63,452 nt of DNA, filler included, from Rhabdomonas costata (GCA_019059605.1; 42 parts of 42 records of this genome joined end to end with filler, not necessarily neighbours in it); one strand, 5' to 3'. Counted from the whole stretch's first letter, positions 37,751 through 51,990 are shown. Numbers and translations are program-made. Notes: generated from the letters alone by a model not told the origin.

Positions 37751-38150
37751 NNNNNNNNNNNNNNNNNNNNNNNNNNNNNNNNNNNNNNNNNNNNTTAATT
37801 AATTAANNNNNNNNNNNNNNNNNNNNNNNNNNNNNNNNNNNNNNNNNNNNTGTGTTTGTGCGGGCATGCCCTGGATATCGTGTTGCTTTGTTCCGGGGGC
37901 CTAGTCAAGAAAATATAACACATCAACAGAGGCTATTTTCACCATTTTTTTCAGGGGAACACTTTTAACATCTCTCTGGGCGAAGCGTGTCGTTGTGAAA
38001 GTTTATCATGTGGACTCCACCGTCCACCGGGTTGCTCACAACCAAAGATGTGAGAAGCTGTTTCGATGTTGCAGCTTTCTTTTTCTTTGCCTTTTTCTCT
38101 TCTTGCTGTACCGGTGCACTTGCGGATCCTAATCTCCGATGGTAGGGTGC

Positions 38151-38925
38151 ATGCTTCCCTTCTGCACTGCCGTGACGCTTGCCCTGTTGCTGCTGTGGCC
38201 CCTACTCAGCCTCACCCCGTCCTCCCCGCTCTCCCCTCACAGCTCCCGAGGCACGCTCTCGGCTGCCCACTCCTTTCCTCCGCCTCCCTCGATACTAAGG
38301 AGAAGGAGCAGTACCATTCCCCTGCCATGCCCAAGGCCTGGGGTGCTGGTCGACCCAGTCAGTTTTCAGGCTGGAGCTCGCCCATGGCCCAGCGACTTCA
38401 GCATGCACGCGGAAGTTGCCCAGGTGGAAGTTTTTTCCCCCCCCCCAGTTTTTCCCTTTTCTTGTTGCGTTGAGGAACTACCAAGTGCAGGTTGGTCGAT
38501 GGTTTCGTGAGCCCTGTGTTCACTGTGGGCCATTCTCCAGTGGGCGGAATCTACATTCTCAATAAATCACAATAAAAAATCAGAAAAGCAAAGCCAGGGG
38601 AAACGAATGTCTTCAGGGGGGGCGGAAAATCCTAATTTTTCTTTTCTTTTTTTTATAGGTTTTGTATGAGTTGTGGCTGGACTGGAGAGTGTTGGACTGG
38701 AGTGTTTTTTTCAGGTTTCTTTTCCTTCGATAAAAGGTGATCAATGCCCTGCCCTGCTCCGCAGACCCCCTGCACCAGCTCCCGCGGGATGTTCGCAGGC
38801 TGCGGGTGCTCTACGTCCTAAATTGCTTCGATCTCAGCCAGTTCGGGCTGATGCTGAGAGCGCTGCGAGCTGCGGCAGAGATGTGCGAGTTCGGGTGGAG
38901 CCTACTCGTGGTGATTCAGGCCGCG
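38151..38925 (+). CDS. 5' exons of an uncharacterised signal-anchor protein (38151-38423, 38737-~38925)
   Basis: MLPFCTAVTLALLLLWPLL hydrophobic N-terminus; CAG|gtgg...aaaag|GTG keeps frame. Confidence 0.5.
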
Positions 38926-39024
38926 GTATACAATACCTTCCTGCTTTCAGCACCTCAACTTTATATCAGTAAGTGAAGTATTACAGTCGGGTGCCACCTG
39001 CATTCCAGAGGGCGAAGGGGTCTC

Positions 39025-39258
39025 TTGTATATAAAGCAAGCCTTCCGGAACGCTGCGTTGCCGGTCCTCGGGGTCAGTTTCCGACCTTTCGCCTCCGGCT
39101 GGATATGGTGCCCCTTGGCGGCGTTTTCGTGTCCCTTTGCGCCGCTTCTTGCCACATGCAGTTTGTTTAACGACGGCGCCTACAGATTAGTATTGCAAAA
39201 AGAAATTGACACCGAGGACCGGCAACGCAGCGTTCCGGAAGGCTTGCTTTATATACAA
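39025..39258. repeat. 52-bp inverted repeat at contig end (fold-back)
   Basis: 39025-39076 versus 39207-39258, one mismatch, then aacacc and linker. Confidence 0.9.
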
Positions 39259-40216
39259 AACACCNNNNNNNNNNNNNNNNNNNNNNNNNNNNNNNNNNNN
39301 NNNNNNNNTTAATTAATTAANNNNNNNNNNNNNNNNNNNNNNNNNNNNNNNNNNNNNNNNNNNNGTCGCAGTCGCAGTCGCAGTCTATGGTGCTTTTATA
39401 TATGCCCGATGCAAGTGCAACCACACAAAACACACGTACCCTTCCTGGGAGAGCAACAGCGAACCTTTCTATCAGTCACTGATGGAATGAGGTAGTGAGT
39501 AAGTCTCAATACCCTTGCACCCACCGCCCCCGCTCGTGTACCAGCTCCTGTACCACACCCTCCTAACCTAGCCCTGCCCCTGCCAATCTCCTTCTCATCC
39601 CAATGTCCTATGTCCGCACGTGCGCATGTACCATTCCCCACCCTTTTTTTTCTGCTTGTCTCATTTTTCTTTGCTGCGGCGGGTCGATGTGGGGGACGGT
39701 TGACGCTGGTCATTCATTGGTCTTGTGCACATCCCTGCTCACTGTCCCGAAATATACACACCGGACGTGCACAATTCTCAAGTAGGTAAACCCAACACAT
39801 GCTATTAAATGGAGTTGCTTTTAATTGTGATTAGCCCTGCAGGGATCGCATGGTGTGATTCCTTCTGCTTGCTTTTGGCGCTCCTGCCAGTAAAATTTGT
39901 TGCTGTCACAGGAAATGCAGCGAGGAGCTTGTTCACCAAGTCCGGTCTTGGACAAGACCTCCTCTTCAAGATCTGGTAGTCTCTTCAAGAGAAAGGATTT
40001 GTTGCTTCCTGCGTGTATGCCGCTGCTCCCTCAGCGATTGTCCATTGCCCATTCTCCTCTTGAAATAAGACAATGGGTCAGTAAGTCATGAGCATCACCT
40101 CAGACCAGCAATTTGGTGTCCACCCCAAAGTTGAGAGGACAATGCTTCGCACACTGTTTTGTTGAGGTGAACAGGAGGGGGTTCTTTGTGTCCACACACA
40201 TTTTCGTGCTCACTAG

Positions 40217-40340
40217 GAAAATGGCGGATGTCGACAAGAATGGGGAGCTCGACGAGCAGGAGTTCCACATCGCGGCTCATCTGATCAGTGTGGCGGTGAA
40301 GAAGCTCGCGGAAATCCCGGAGAACCTTCCTCCTTCCCTG
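40217..40340 (+). CDS. Exon encoding an EH (Eps15-homology) domain
   Basis: tag|(W)KMADVDKNGELDEQEFHIAAHLI...IPENLPPSL|gcatgc; EF-hand loop plus EFxIAxHLI and LPxSL. Confidence 0.85.
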
Positions 40341-40680
40341 GCATGCCCCCCCCATCTGTTGTCGCCCTGTTTGGTCCAAGGCTAAGTTTAAACCAGCGCC
40401 AATGCGGAGACATGCTTTGGCGTGGTCCGTTGAAGCCGAGAGTCAACTGTCCCTCTTTTTTTATAGTAAAGCGTGCATCGCTCCCCACCTTGTCCGAGAG
40501 ATATTATCGTGTCTCAGAAGGCTGATGCTTCGCTCCTTATTTCCCTGCGAAATTCAGAAGCGCAAGTATTCTGGAAATACTGGTGTGCCGGAGCTTTGTT
40601 TCGTTATTGCACAAGTCCTTCACCTCATAAAAGTTCAATAACAGCTGCAGGAGAACAGGGTCACTGCCACTGGAGTGCGA

Positions 40681-40768
40681 GTCATTTGAGTTGGGATAAA
40701 TGGAGGCCTCATGGACTGCGCCTAACTTCGCAGTCCATGAGGCCTCCATTTATCCCAACTCAAATGAC
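40681..40768. repeat. 40-bp perfect hairpin with 8-nt loop at contig end (fold-back)
   Basis: 40681-40720 is the reverse complement of 40729-40768, then ccacacccac. Confidence 0.9.
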
Positions 40769-43109
40769 CCACACCCACNNNNNNNNNNNNNNNNNNNNNN
40801 NNNNNNNNNNNNNNNNNNNNNNTTAATTAATTAANNNNNNNNNNNNNNNNNNNNNNNNNNNNNNNNNNNNNNNNNNNNGTGTGGGGGGCTTGAGCGGGGG
40901 GACGTCCCATTTCCGCAACAGTCCTTCTACGAGCATGTCCTTGTGGTGTTGTGCGTTCTCGTTCACGGGGATTTGGCGTGCCTCTCAGATGAAGCCGTGT
41001 TGCTCAAGGAAGTGAGGGGAGTGTGTAAGTTAGGTTGGCTTAGTGGAAGCAAAAAAGTGTGTCTGACTCCAATGGTGCATGACTGAAGCAAACATTGTGA
41101 AACCACGGGAATGTGCATCCTTCCCTCGAACTGCCGCGCATCAACTTCACCTTAAATAAACTTGCTTCACAAGGGCTGGGGATAGGGTTCAGTTGGCTGG
41201 GTTGGGGTGATGGAGGGCAAAACTGGTGAGGTCAAGGAGTTTGGACAGACAGGGCCTTCGAAAACCAGATACATGTAGCAGCAACAGCCTGCAATTGCGT
41301 CTTTCATCTCTTTGAGATTATGCCAAGGGGACCCCGGAAGGCTGCCCTTGCGGGGAATGGTGTGATTGGTTGGAAGTGTCGATTCCTTCGTTTGTTGGGC
41401 TAAACCTCTCAGGCTGGGCTCTGAGCAATAGGCAAGCAGAGAGCAGGAGAGATGGGACGCACACAGAGGTGGACAGAGAGTGAAAGCAAACCAGGCTGAA
41501 TTTTTGAAACAGGTTGCCGCCCTCGCTGCATAGGGCCTCTTTGAACACGGTGCTCTCCTGCTCCTTCTTCAGCTTGAGCTGCCCAATGGAAAGTAAGACA
41601 CAAAAAGTCGAGCTAAAAAACGAATTCGTGATCGGAGCGTTCCAGATTTGCACGAGCGCAGTGTGCATATGGGCGCAAGTGAGGGCAACCTACCCCGAGG
41701 GCGCTCAAAAATATATCTGCTAGCCCACGCATACTTCCAAGCTGACCAGGTTGTCAGGGACGATGTCCTGGGCGTGGCCGATGCTGGAAAGTATCACCAT
41801 AGCCCCACTGAGAGCGGCGGCGAGGGAGGTCATGCGTAGGATGGAGCCCAGAAAGCGGTCCACCACGCCAAACCCGTGCTGGATGCTGTCCCAGGTCAGG
41901 AACTGCACCCCCTCGTGCACGCTGTAGTGCTTGCAGTACAGCTCCCCCATCTGGAGACAGTGACCATAAACCCACCCCACTTCAGCAAATTCAACGACAA
42001 GCACACATTAAACACACCTCGGGCCCTTCGGTCTGATCCAACTGTTGACTGGACACAGTGCGTCCGATGCCCCAATACGCCATCTACTTCCCCACTTACA
42101 AACACACAAACACACGTGCTGGAGACATCCTTGCAATCATTACCCAGCATTGCAAGATAATCTGCACACCAAGGGGATAAGGGGGGACACTTGCAGCACT
42201 CTCGAACTCCCTACAAAAAGGGTTGAGCTAGGTAAGGTTAAGAAGTGATCAAACTGAAACCACCCAACCCNNNNNNNNNNNNNNNNNNNNNNNNNNNNNN
42301 NNNNNNNNNNNNNNTTAATTAATTAANNNNNNNNNNNNNNNNNNNNNNNNNNNNNNNNNNNNNNNNNNNNGTGGGTGGTGGGTGGCCCTTCGCTCGCCCA
42401 CGGAGCACTGTGCTCAGAAGCACCACCCACCATAGCTACAGCCGCAGCTGAGCAATGCTGCCTCTCCTGCGCCTTCTCTTCCTCGTCCAGCTGGTCCTCC
42501 ACCAGGGCGGCAAGAGCATGCTCGACCTCCTCCGCGGGAATCCCAGCGCAGGCCACGGTGGAAGAAACCGGCGCGGCAGCGTAGCTGCCGGACTGCAAGC
42601 GGCCCAGAAGGGCTTCCGAGATGGTGAGGTCTAGACGGGCAGCCCGCTCCGCCTTCACCTCGCTGCGGGCGCCGGAAACGCGCTGCAGGGAGCTGTGACC
42701 ACCCCCGCAAGGCCATTGGAAACGAGTGGTTAAAAAAGTTCCAAAAAAAAAACAAGTCAGAGAGAAAGGCAGTAGAAAACAATGGGTCTCTCGAGGGCCG
42801 CAGAAGCGCAGGGCCATTATACCGAATCCCCCCCGTGTCACGTAAAACGCGTAGACGGATGAGGTGCCCGAAGGGCCTTCACATTCCCCCGACCGCGTTG
42901 TAACCTTTTGGAGCCGCAAATATAGTATCGTTGCACTCGCCGAGTGGATTTAGTTGAGGCTTGTGGAGCCGCAAGCTAGAGAGGATGAGGCACAGCAGAC
43001 ACCCGGATTTTCCAGTATGTGAGGGGGATTGTGAGGATTTAATTCCGATTTACAACTACCAGGGAAGCACCAAGAGCACACAAGACAGCAGCCCATCCAA
43101 CCAGAAGGA

Positions 43110-43760
43110 GAAAAAAGTGGACTTCGGCCCTTGCACCCTCACACAACTCCCCAGTCAGCGGTCAGAGAAAAACTGCTTCGCGAGATATACTTGGCAGACG
43201 TTGAAAGCGGCCCTGTTGGCACGGGACGGGTTCCGCCGTCCGCCCCACCACCCCCGCGGTCGTGGAAGGTTGGGCGCAGACATCGCGCGGGGGCGTATTT
43301 GCGAGGGTACATTATTGGTAACAGAAAGTCAGGGCCACTGGGAAAACAGTGAAGGTATGACAAAGCGCGGAAGGTCATGCAACGCTAAATATGGCGAACA
43401 CAGCAAAAAAAGATTTTTAATATGTGGCAGTCAGATGACTCCACAGCGAAGCAAAATTGGCCGCCTATGACCAACCAAAGACAATCAGCAAAAAGCTGAT
43501 TTCTGATAGCCCCATCCACATAAGTTACGCAACACTCCAAGAGCCCAATTGTCACACAAAGCACTGAACAAACAAGGGAGCATAAATCAGAAGTGCTTCC
43601 AGAACAACTTCCAGAATCCTCCATTCTACAAGAAATCTGGCGAAAAACTAATTTCGAATGGTTTCACACAATGACACCAGCAACCAAAACTCGCATCTCC
43701 TATGGCATGGAATATCCGCATTGGCAGAGAAAGCCATTCGAGATTCAGCCAAACGGAATC
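43110..43760 (+). mobile_element. Possible decayed Ty3/gypsy integrase
   Basis: Across frames: HNSPVSGQRKT, RYTWQTLK, GHWE, NFEWF..M...TKTRISYGMEYP resemble the H2C2 region and integrase core; multiple frameshifts. Confidence 0.3.
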
Positions 43761-46559
43761 TTTCCAGACAGAACGATCCGAGGNNNNNNNNNNNNNNNNN
43801 NNNNNNNNNNNNNNNNNNNNNNNNNNNTTAATTAATTAANNNNNNNNNNNNNNNNNNNNNNNNNNNNNNNNNNNNNNNNNNNNTCGGAGTGGAAGCGGCT
43901 CCGCGGGAAGCGGGTGTACCTTGGACATAGGGAGCGAGTGGTTGCGGTGTTTGTTGGGTTGGCACCTGCGCCGTGTACTTGGAGCTTGTTGTCATATTTT
44001 TGGGTGACATTTTCTTCCTGAATTAGACTTGTTTGTGCGCGGGATGCTGTTGGGCTTTCCTCAAAGTCAGTACAGCACGTTTCATGGTAATCGTTGTAAT
44101 TTTTTCCGGAGTTCTGCGAGCGTATCCAGCCATAATACGTGCAGTCGCTTGTCCTAGCGGGCCGCCGCTTCGTGTCCTCTACCTTCCCATCGTTGTCTAG
44201 CTTTTGGATTAAGGCGTGTTGCCACTGGCACTTTCGCCTGTCATCCGGGTGGCTGGTTAGGGATGTCCGTTGCCTTCGTTTTTTAGGGCTGCGGTTACTA
44301 CTCCTGCGGCACTTGTGGTGCGAAGTGGAAGACACTGAGCCGTCGCAGCTCGTCTGGAAATGCATGTGTGTGTGTGCGTGAGTGCATGTATGTATGAAGT
44401 GGGTTTGTGTGGTTTCTCCCATTATCGGCTTCACACTTTCTGGCTCAGCAATTTCTCGGAATTTGCAACCCGCTCCGGAAAATATACCTACCCGATGTTT
44501 CCAGCATATTCATATGTGCACTTGTTTCAAACTGAATTCTATTGCTAAACGCGCAAAGGACATGAATGTGGGCCTGATTTAGCATTGATATTTGTACAAG
44601 ATCTCTGCTGCTCTTGTGTTTCAGGTGCCTCTTTTTCAGTATAGAGATTATTAATCCTTTTTCGCGGCGGTTGGAGCGTTGAGAAGTATTTGTCGACTCA
44701 GTGTCTGAATGGAAAAGTGATATCAGGAAAGCGCACACTTCTTCTCAATCATGATGTCATTGATGAGATGTGGGGGGGGAGGGCTTGGAAATGTAGAATA
44801 TGTGGAATGTTCAACTTGTCCCACAGAGCTTTATCCCTGCCACGGCCCTCTCCGAGTGATTACGAGACATCACTGCCTGAGCCCGTCGCCAATTGAGTTT
44901 TCTTTTGTGGTCGGAGTGCTCCAACCACCCTTCAGACCACGACCCGTGGGAACTCTGGGCCTGAGAGCATTGAAAATTGGCGTGGCATTTAACCTCCCTT
45001 CATTATCTCCTTACCTTACCCAGGGTTCCCCTCCATTCCCTCCCCTCTCGTGCCCTTTACTGGTCCCCTATCTGTCAGTCTGTCAGTCTGTCAGGTTGTT
45101 CATTGTGTGATGGGGACCCTCCTTCTCTCTTCCTGCTGTGGGGGGCTGTATTGCTGTGTGGGGAAATCATTGGGTTTTCCAGACCCCCTGCCAGCTCCCA
45201 GTGAGACTGCTTACGCTTACGTTGGTGAACCCTCTCGGCCTCCCTTTCTTTGTGCATTCCTCGTGCCCCACTCTCCCGCCTCCCCGATTCTCTTTTNNNN
45301 NNNNNNNNNNNNNNNNNNNNNNNNNNNNNNNNNNNNNNNNTTAATTAATTAANNNNNNNNNNNNNNNNNNNNNNNNNNNNNNNNNNNNNNNNNNNNGGGG
45401 TTTTTTGTGTTAATAATGCAGTTAGTCTTCAGAGTCGGGCTTTGAGGATTCCCCCTTTTGTTTCCCGTTGCAGGGTATGGACTTCGACGACGCGATCGAG
45501 GAGCTTGCCGAGGTGCACCGGTTGAGGCTGATGCAGTTGGACGCGACACAATTGGCCAACTCCGCGCGCAAGACTGTCAGGCTATGCACGCTGCCCCCGA
45601 CTACGGTGCGCAGCTTCGACTTTGTCGGACTCGCGGTTTCCGTAGTGGAGCGTGCTGACAGGCTGCGGATGGGCCCTGGTGCATTGTTCAGCTGGTTCTG
45701 CGAGTCGGTTTGTGCCTGCTTGCGCAATGCGAGACTTGTCGTCTGTGGACTTCTGCAATCCTTTTTTTTCTTTTTCGGTTTTTGAAAAAGTTATGGACGC
45801 GATCAAGCCTGAGTGGGTAGCGAGTTTGGGAACCCGGCAAAGTTCGGAACGCGTGAACCCACGTCACACCCGTTACACATCGCACCCCATTGAAGCTTTC
45901 ATCCAGCATCCTGTGCTCACACCAGTTTTTGCTGCAGTCCCCCTCCCAGTTACTCCTCACCGTTACACCCTCCAGGAGTGTGCTTTCCCGCCGTTTGAGC
46001 TCTCCACCCGTTTACGTTCCTTCCAGCTTCTCATCTCTTTCTTGTTCCGTACGTGTTGTTTGCTGTTTGCTGCTTGCGCGTGGACCTATCAAGCGCCGAA
46101 CGGTGTGAACCCCTTTTTCCGCGTGAAAAGGGGAGCATTTGGGTGACCAGGCACAGGGCAAGCGGCAAGCAGCAAACCAAGCTGAGGCGTGGTGAGTGTA
46201 TTTATTGAGTACCTGCAGAATTTTTAAGGGAAACAAGTCACAGAAAGTTGCACAGGGCATGCCCGCACAAACGGGGTGCCAAGAGTATGGCGCACCCCGC
46301 AATCCTCACGAAAACTAACTGCTGAATCGCTTACAAACCTCTGGGCCGTATGTGGTTTTCCGCAAATGGTTAATGGAGTTAAATGACGCATGTTTTAGCA
46401 GTTTGACGTGCCTTCGCACAGGTTCCGGAAAACCAGAGCGAGCGCATTTCGGTATCCTCTGCAAAGCTCGGTGAATCTCCACGCAGTGCCATGAATAAAG
46501 CCATCGGGCCCTCCCGGACCGACTCAAACCAAAGTCTTCCTGCTAGCCTGGCCTCGTGC

Positions 46560-46790
46560 AACTCCGTGTTCTCTTCACCGTCCTTCTGCCCCACTTCCGA
46601 GTTGGAGACCCCTCAGTCCATCGCACACAGGAGGACTGAGGGCACGTCTGGTCTCGCTCGGCCACTCCACGTGAGCATTGCGATCCCCAGTTAGGATGAG
46701 AGGCACTGCAGGTGCAAGTAGGGCCGGGCTGAACAGGTCTGGCGGCACCCGCCAACCGCTGTTCGCGGGGGAAGGGGCTGCCGGCGGGCT
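46560..46790 (-). mobile_element. Possible APE endonuclease relic of a non-LTR (Ingi/I-like) retrotransposon
   Basis: DLFSPALL..VPLILTGDRNAHVEW (GDxNAH motif at 46688-46671); frame closes downstream. Confidence 0.4.
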
Positions 46791-47702
46791 GTCCGCCCCC
46801 CCCCCCCCAANNNNNNNNNNNNNNNNNNNNNNNNNNNNNNNNNNNNNNNNNNNNTTAATTAATTAANNNNNNNNNNNNNNNNNNNNNNNNNNNNNNNNNN
46901 NNNNNNNNNNGGTGTGTGGTGGAAGCCTTTTCTGATGCAGAGAGGGACGGGATGGGAGGATTTTGCCTAACGCCGAAACTCACACCGAGCCTTTGCACGG
47001 GTGTATCAATGACGTTTCGTGGACGCATGATGTGTATTGCCCAAATACTGGTCGAGATGTCGTGTGTTGGGCTGTTGCGGTCCAAACACCCGTCATCCAA
47101 AACCCGAAGGGGTTGGTCGCGTCTGGATCGCCCGTTTGCTCTCTTCTCGAAATCGTGCAGACTCCTATCTGTTTATCTGTTTGGGGTGCACCTGACCTTA
47201 AGCCCAAATTCTGATTGAGACTGGCCCATCGGGGCTGTTTGCTGGATTGCAAGGTGCTTTTTAAAGGCCGTTTTTCGCTGCCTGCCTGCTAGAGTGCCTT
47301 TGTCTTTTTGTTTGCCGTAAGCCCCCCTTCATTTTATGCTCGTTAACGACTATTCGTGCAACTGGCTGCCGTGATGCAGGAGGGCTCCTCTTGCAGTGCG
47401 GAGGCAGCGTTGCGCAAGGGTTCTGGAGGCATCTCCCCGCGCTCCAGAAATGGAGACTGTCCCCCCGAGAGGGCAGTCGTCTACGCCCCGTTTTCATGGC
47501 AGGAAACAGGTGCGCTCAAGACGGAAGTATGGTTTTGGGATTGTGTATTCTCGGTTGTGTTCCAAAGAAGGGAGAGTGTGGGTGGCTTGGTGGATGGGTG
47601 GCTGGGTGGGTACTGTGGGGTGCCAAAATGTTGGATTGTTGTTTCACAGAGAGTGTGAGGGGGGTTCTGATTGGTTCTGGTCCTGATTGTATTTTTTTAT
47701 AG

Positions 47703-48293
47703 GTATCGAGCACCACGCGACCCTCGGTGGGACCGTGCAGATCATCTTCGCTCATGGGGTCTTCATGGCAAAGCGGGTATTAGTTTGAGCCTTCTTCGTT
47801 TGCTTCGTGTTCGCACCCACACACGAGAGCGCATCAGGGCCCATTCTCCCCCTCTTTCAAGAGAGCATTGTTATCCTCTATTGTCAGTACAGCATCTTGG
47901 CGCGAAAGAGCCGGCATTTTCTGGCTGAGGCGGTTGTCTTTGGTGATTCAACGCGCGCTCTTGCCCATTGACGCTTGATCTGACCGTGTCCTTCGTTGGG
48001 TGCGCCCATCATCCTTATTCTCGTGGATTCAATGGCGACTTGGGGCCCTGCGCAACTCCTTTCTCTATGTTTCTGGCCTTTCCTCTTCCCTTGGTCCATC
48101 CTCAGCTGGTTCGGGATGACCGGCAGCTGCAACTGCTGGGCCGCCTGGCTAAGGTCTTCCCGAGCTTCAGTCTGCCGGAATTCGCTCACGTCTATGGCAC
48201 CGTCAGCGCGAAGCCCAGTAACCTCCTCCGGGGGGTCATCACGGAAGTCTGTCCGGTGACGCTGCAGGAGCTGATTCACACCCTGCACTTCAG
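47703..48293 (+). CDS. Divergent protein-kinase-like N-lobe; exons 47703-47776 and 48106-~48293
   Basis: ...GVFMAKR|LVRDD...FAHVYGTV...GVITEVCPVTLQELI resembles subdomains II-V; GT-AG intron in frame. Confidence 0.45.
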
Positions 48294-50387
48294 GCCCTCC
48301 AGAGAGGTCTTGCCCCCCCAACCNNNNNNNNNNNNNNNNNNNNNNNNNNNNNNNNNNNNNNNNNNNNTTAATTAATTAANNNNNNNNNNNNNNNNNNNNN
48401 NNNNNNNNNNNNNNNNNNNNNNNCAGGTCGTATTGCCTTATCTCTTTCTATGAACCGAGAAACTTGTTCGGTGACACAGCGAAAAGTGGGGGTGGACCTG
48501 CCACGTAAATGTGGAATTGGATTTCCATTTGAGCGCTGACCAAGAAACAGAAACCGCGCCTGTGCATCTCGCTACCATACTTCGTGTGCGGGTTGTGCGG
48601 TGTGGTTTGTTGTTTTACTGATGACGTTTGTCTTTTAGCAATTTGAGGCTTTCGATGCTGTGGAGAAAAGAAAGGTTGGAACCGTAACCACCGCAACACG
48701 TACGGTATGATTGCTATTTGTCAACTTGCAGCACACCCAGGCTGTAAGGGGTACCAGGGGCTTGGCTACACTGCTTTAGGGTCAGAAGATTTGTCTGATG
48801 TCCCTACACGGCCAAGATTTCGCTTGCCCCGAAGTGTTTGAAGAGGAGAAATGGGACCAGGAACAAACATGCAAAAGACTGTTCCAACAAAAAGACGGAG
48901 TAGTAGAGAGCGGAGACAGCGAAGGAGCAAAGAGGAAAAAATAGCGCAGTTGAATGAGGAAGGAGGAAACCACCCATTTTCTACATAGGTGCCCATGTTA
49001 AAATCCATGGAGGGGTTTTCTTAATTGGAAACGAGGGGCGGGGGCTGCTGTAACACCGTTCAACCTTCAACACCATTAAGCAATCGAAGTCATCTTTTTG
49101 CAAGACCCGCCTCACCCGTCCGTCAGGGCTGACTTTGCAGGGCCTCCGCTGAACCTCTCCCAACTTGCGCCGCACTGGCAAAGGTGACGGAGGTGGAGAG
49201 GGAAAAGCAAGTTTCAGTATTATATCGATGCGGTGATAGACCGTGGTGATAAGTTCGTCCCGATAAATTCTAACTTGGGCCACCCGTCAGGTAAGCAGAA
49301 AAATCGGAATAGGAAGGAAAGCCGACTGGAGTTGGAAGACGGACGGAGGACAAGAGGGAGTTGACACGAGCGTGGGGGTGCTCAAGCTGTCCCAATATCA
49401 ATAAAAGGGGATTCCCCCGCGCAGGGGACTTCACCCAGCGAGGGGGCCTGCGGGTCAGCTGAAAACAGTGATACCCCCACAGATCGAGGTTCCTATTTTC
49501 TCTCTCTTCCCCAGAAGCTATTTTCCCACCTCACCTGAATTTGCCCTTTTCTTCCCACTCCAACAAACCCGGAAACGAGGGGAACCCGGGAAAACCCCAA
49601 CCGCTGCACAATGAACTCGTGCGCATACCTGACGCTCGCAGACATCCACCCGTTTATCGCAATTCGCAATGGCAAGCGGCCAACGGAGTGCGGAGTGCGA
49701 CCCGGAACCCACGCTTTGCAGTGTGCTTCGCTCACTGCGATTTGGGTGCGGAGGAAGATGGAAGGTCAGGGACGTCTCTCTCAGCGTATCGGCTACGAGA
49801 AGAAGATCTGCAAAAGATGGCCCTGCGAAACCAAAANNNNNNNNNNNNNNNNNNNNNNNNNNNNNNNNNNNNNNNNNNNNTTAATTAATTAANNNNNNNN
49901 NNNNNNNNNNNNNNNNNNNNNNNNNNNNNNNNNNNNTGCTTCACAACGCTGTGGAGCCTACCACCATTTATAAAACTCAAAAATTCAAAATCCTGGGCTT
50001 ATGGAAGGAAACCAGCCCGCGTGGCCGATGCTTTTTGTTCTCTTGTAATGTTTCAGGTACATATAGAGACTCAAGCGCCCGTTTCAGTGGCTCTATTTGA
50101 CTTCTTTATGCAAAATTGGCGGAACCACAAAAGCATGTGGCTTTATTGCTTAATTTAATGGCATACCTTCAGCAGTGTACCTTTTTTTAGTGGACACGTG
50201 CATCGCGTACTAACCACATGCAAGACAAAATATTTCTATTCAGCGTTTTTCTTATCTTGCTTTCATTTGCAATTGCAAACAAAGCCGGCCACAGGCCGCT
50301 CCATCAAACCACAGTGGACAAACAGACAGCTGCCGCGAAGAGGTCTGAGTCCCCCCCCGACACACACGCAAACGCTCACAAACACAC

Positions 50388-50937
50388 TGTTGATGCTGAG
50401 GATCTGCAGGGCCAACGCGGCCTCCTCCTGCAGCACCATCACGCTGGCGTGGCGCTTCAGGGCGCGCAGCACACACATCACCCCATCCTTTTCCTGAATC
50501 TGGGCCCGGTCATCCCCTGTGCGAGTGCAAGGGGGAGGGACCTTTGGAAATACGAGAGAATTTCAAACCGAAGATGATGATCACACTCAGTAAATAATAA
50601 AGATACGGCTGGAGCAACAATTGTTCGGAGTACATTGGCCTGCCCAACAGAGAAACCGTGATGCACAAGCGAATCATAAAAAGGTATGAAGATAGATGTT
50701 CACAAAAAATAGAAAAAAGCAAGGAAAGGTGTGGGTGGACAGAAAGACAGGAGTGACCGCTTGGAAACCACGAAAGAGAGAAAGGATAGAAGTGCAGCAC
50801 GGCTGTACCTTTGCGGGCGAGGTTCTGTAGCGCGCGGCAAGTTTGCTCCTGGATCGCGGCATCCGCGGGGTGGGCCTTCATGGCGTCCAGGATCAGCCCA
50901 ATGCCCCCGCCCTCGACAAGCATCTCCTTGTTCTCCT
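50388..50937 (-). CDS. Armadillo-repeat protein; exons 50937-50809 and 50516-50388
   Basis: ENKEMLVEGGGIGLILDAMKAHPADAAIQEQTCRALQNLA..G|DDRAQIQEKDGVMCVLRALKRH...LQEEAALALQIL. Confidence 0.85.
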
Positions 50938-51654
50938 CTGCAGACATGCATGGCGAAATCGCAAACAACTTAAGGCGCTGAATAGTAGCGATGCTCTTGC
51001 AGCTCACAATGCGAGACGTGGCAGTATTTTTTCGAACGATACCCCACGGGAGGACAACATTGTTGGTTATGGTCTCGAAACGTCGAAGGTGGTGCTCGTG
51101 GAAGTCTTCCAGTGGATGCATGCGATGACAGTTAGCGCCTCCGCTGTAGATGCGTTGCCATAATTTACAGTGTGAACCCATCTGGAAAAATCATTCTTAC
51201 TATGAAACTCCCACCCTCACTTATCCACTGCACGACCACCGGCGTCATTCGCTGAGAAAAGGTTACGAAAGAAAATGGAACCCAGGCCAGATGCATAGTT
51301 CTCTGACGACAGATCACTCACCGCCCAGGACGTTTCATTTCTTCTCTTTNNNNNNNNNNNNNNNNNNNNNNNNNNNNNNNNNNNNNNNNNNNNTTAATTA
51401 ATTAANNNNNNNNNNNNNNNNNNNNNNNNNNNNNNNNNNNNNNNNNNNNTTTTTTTTTGGATGATTCTGCCAACACAGCGAATTGTGCTGAACACTGTCG
51501 CTGAATTTTCAGTGTACTGCTACGTGAGCGTCTTTTCCTCCCGTTTTCCCTGCGTCGTTGCGTTGCCTGCTATCAGCCGCAGCCTCACCGGTGTCCTGGG
51601 TTTGTTGACTTCTTTGCTTTTTGTGGCTGGGTGGCTTTGGGAGACGACTTTGCT

Positions 51655-51990
51655 CTAGGTTTCAAGAAATCACATCAATTTGAATGGCGACAAGCAATTC
51701 AAAAGCTACATAAATGTACCAGGTTATTTCCGACCCACCATATTGAACTGACTTTCCGAACCGATGCCTCCGGTGCCTGGCGAAAGAAAGCCGGAAGTAA
51801 AGAGAGGAGTTTTGCGTGATGAGAGATCAGGGCACAAGAATTGGCGCAAAGCACAACCAAATCTCCTAATGTTCTTGGTTTATACACTGCATTCTGTACA
51901 GAACAACAAACCGTCCCTTGACCCAATAAGCACAAAGTCACAGGTGCTCCAGAGGTTTGCCGGAGGACAATCTATTTGCAAATTTGTTTT
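51655..51990 (+). mobile_element. Decayed LTR-retrotransposon RT/RNase H connection
   Basis: KKSHQFEWRQAIQKL...TFRTDAS resembles gypsy 'kK...FxW...aF..lK....TDAS'. Confidence 0.4.

Noticed and set aside
40681..40768. Long hairpins as terminators, pre-miRNAs or MITE TIRs
   Set aside because: Eukaryotic context, no shared sequence among them, and always flush with a contig end or primer-like tail; best explained as fold-back chimeras
45700..45795. Possible non-canonical intron (TCG|gtt...aaaa|GTT)
   Set aside because: An upstream canonical donor (CCT G|gtgcat) with aaag|TT restores the same frame, so no unusual junction is needed
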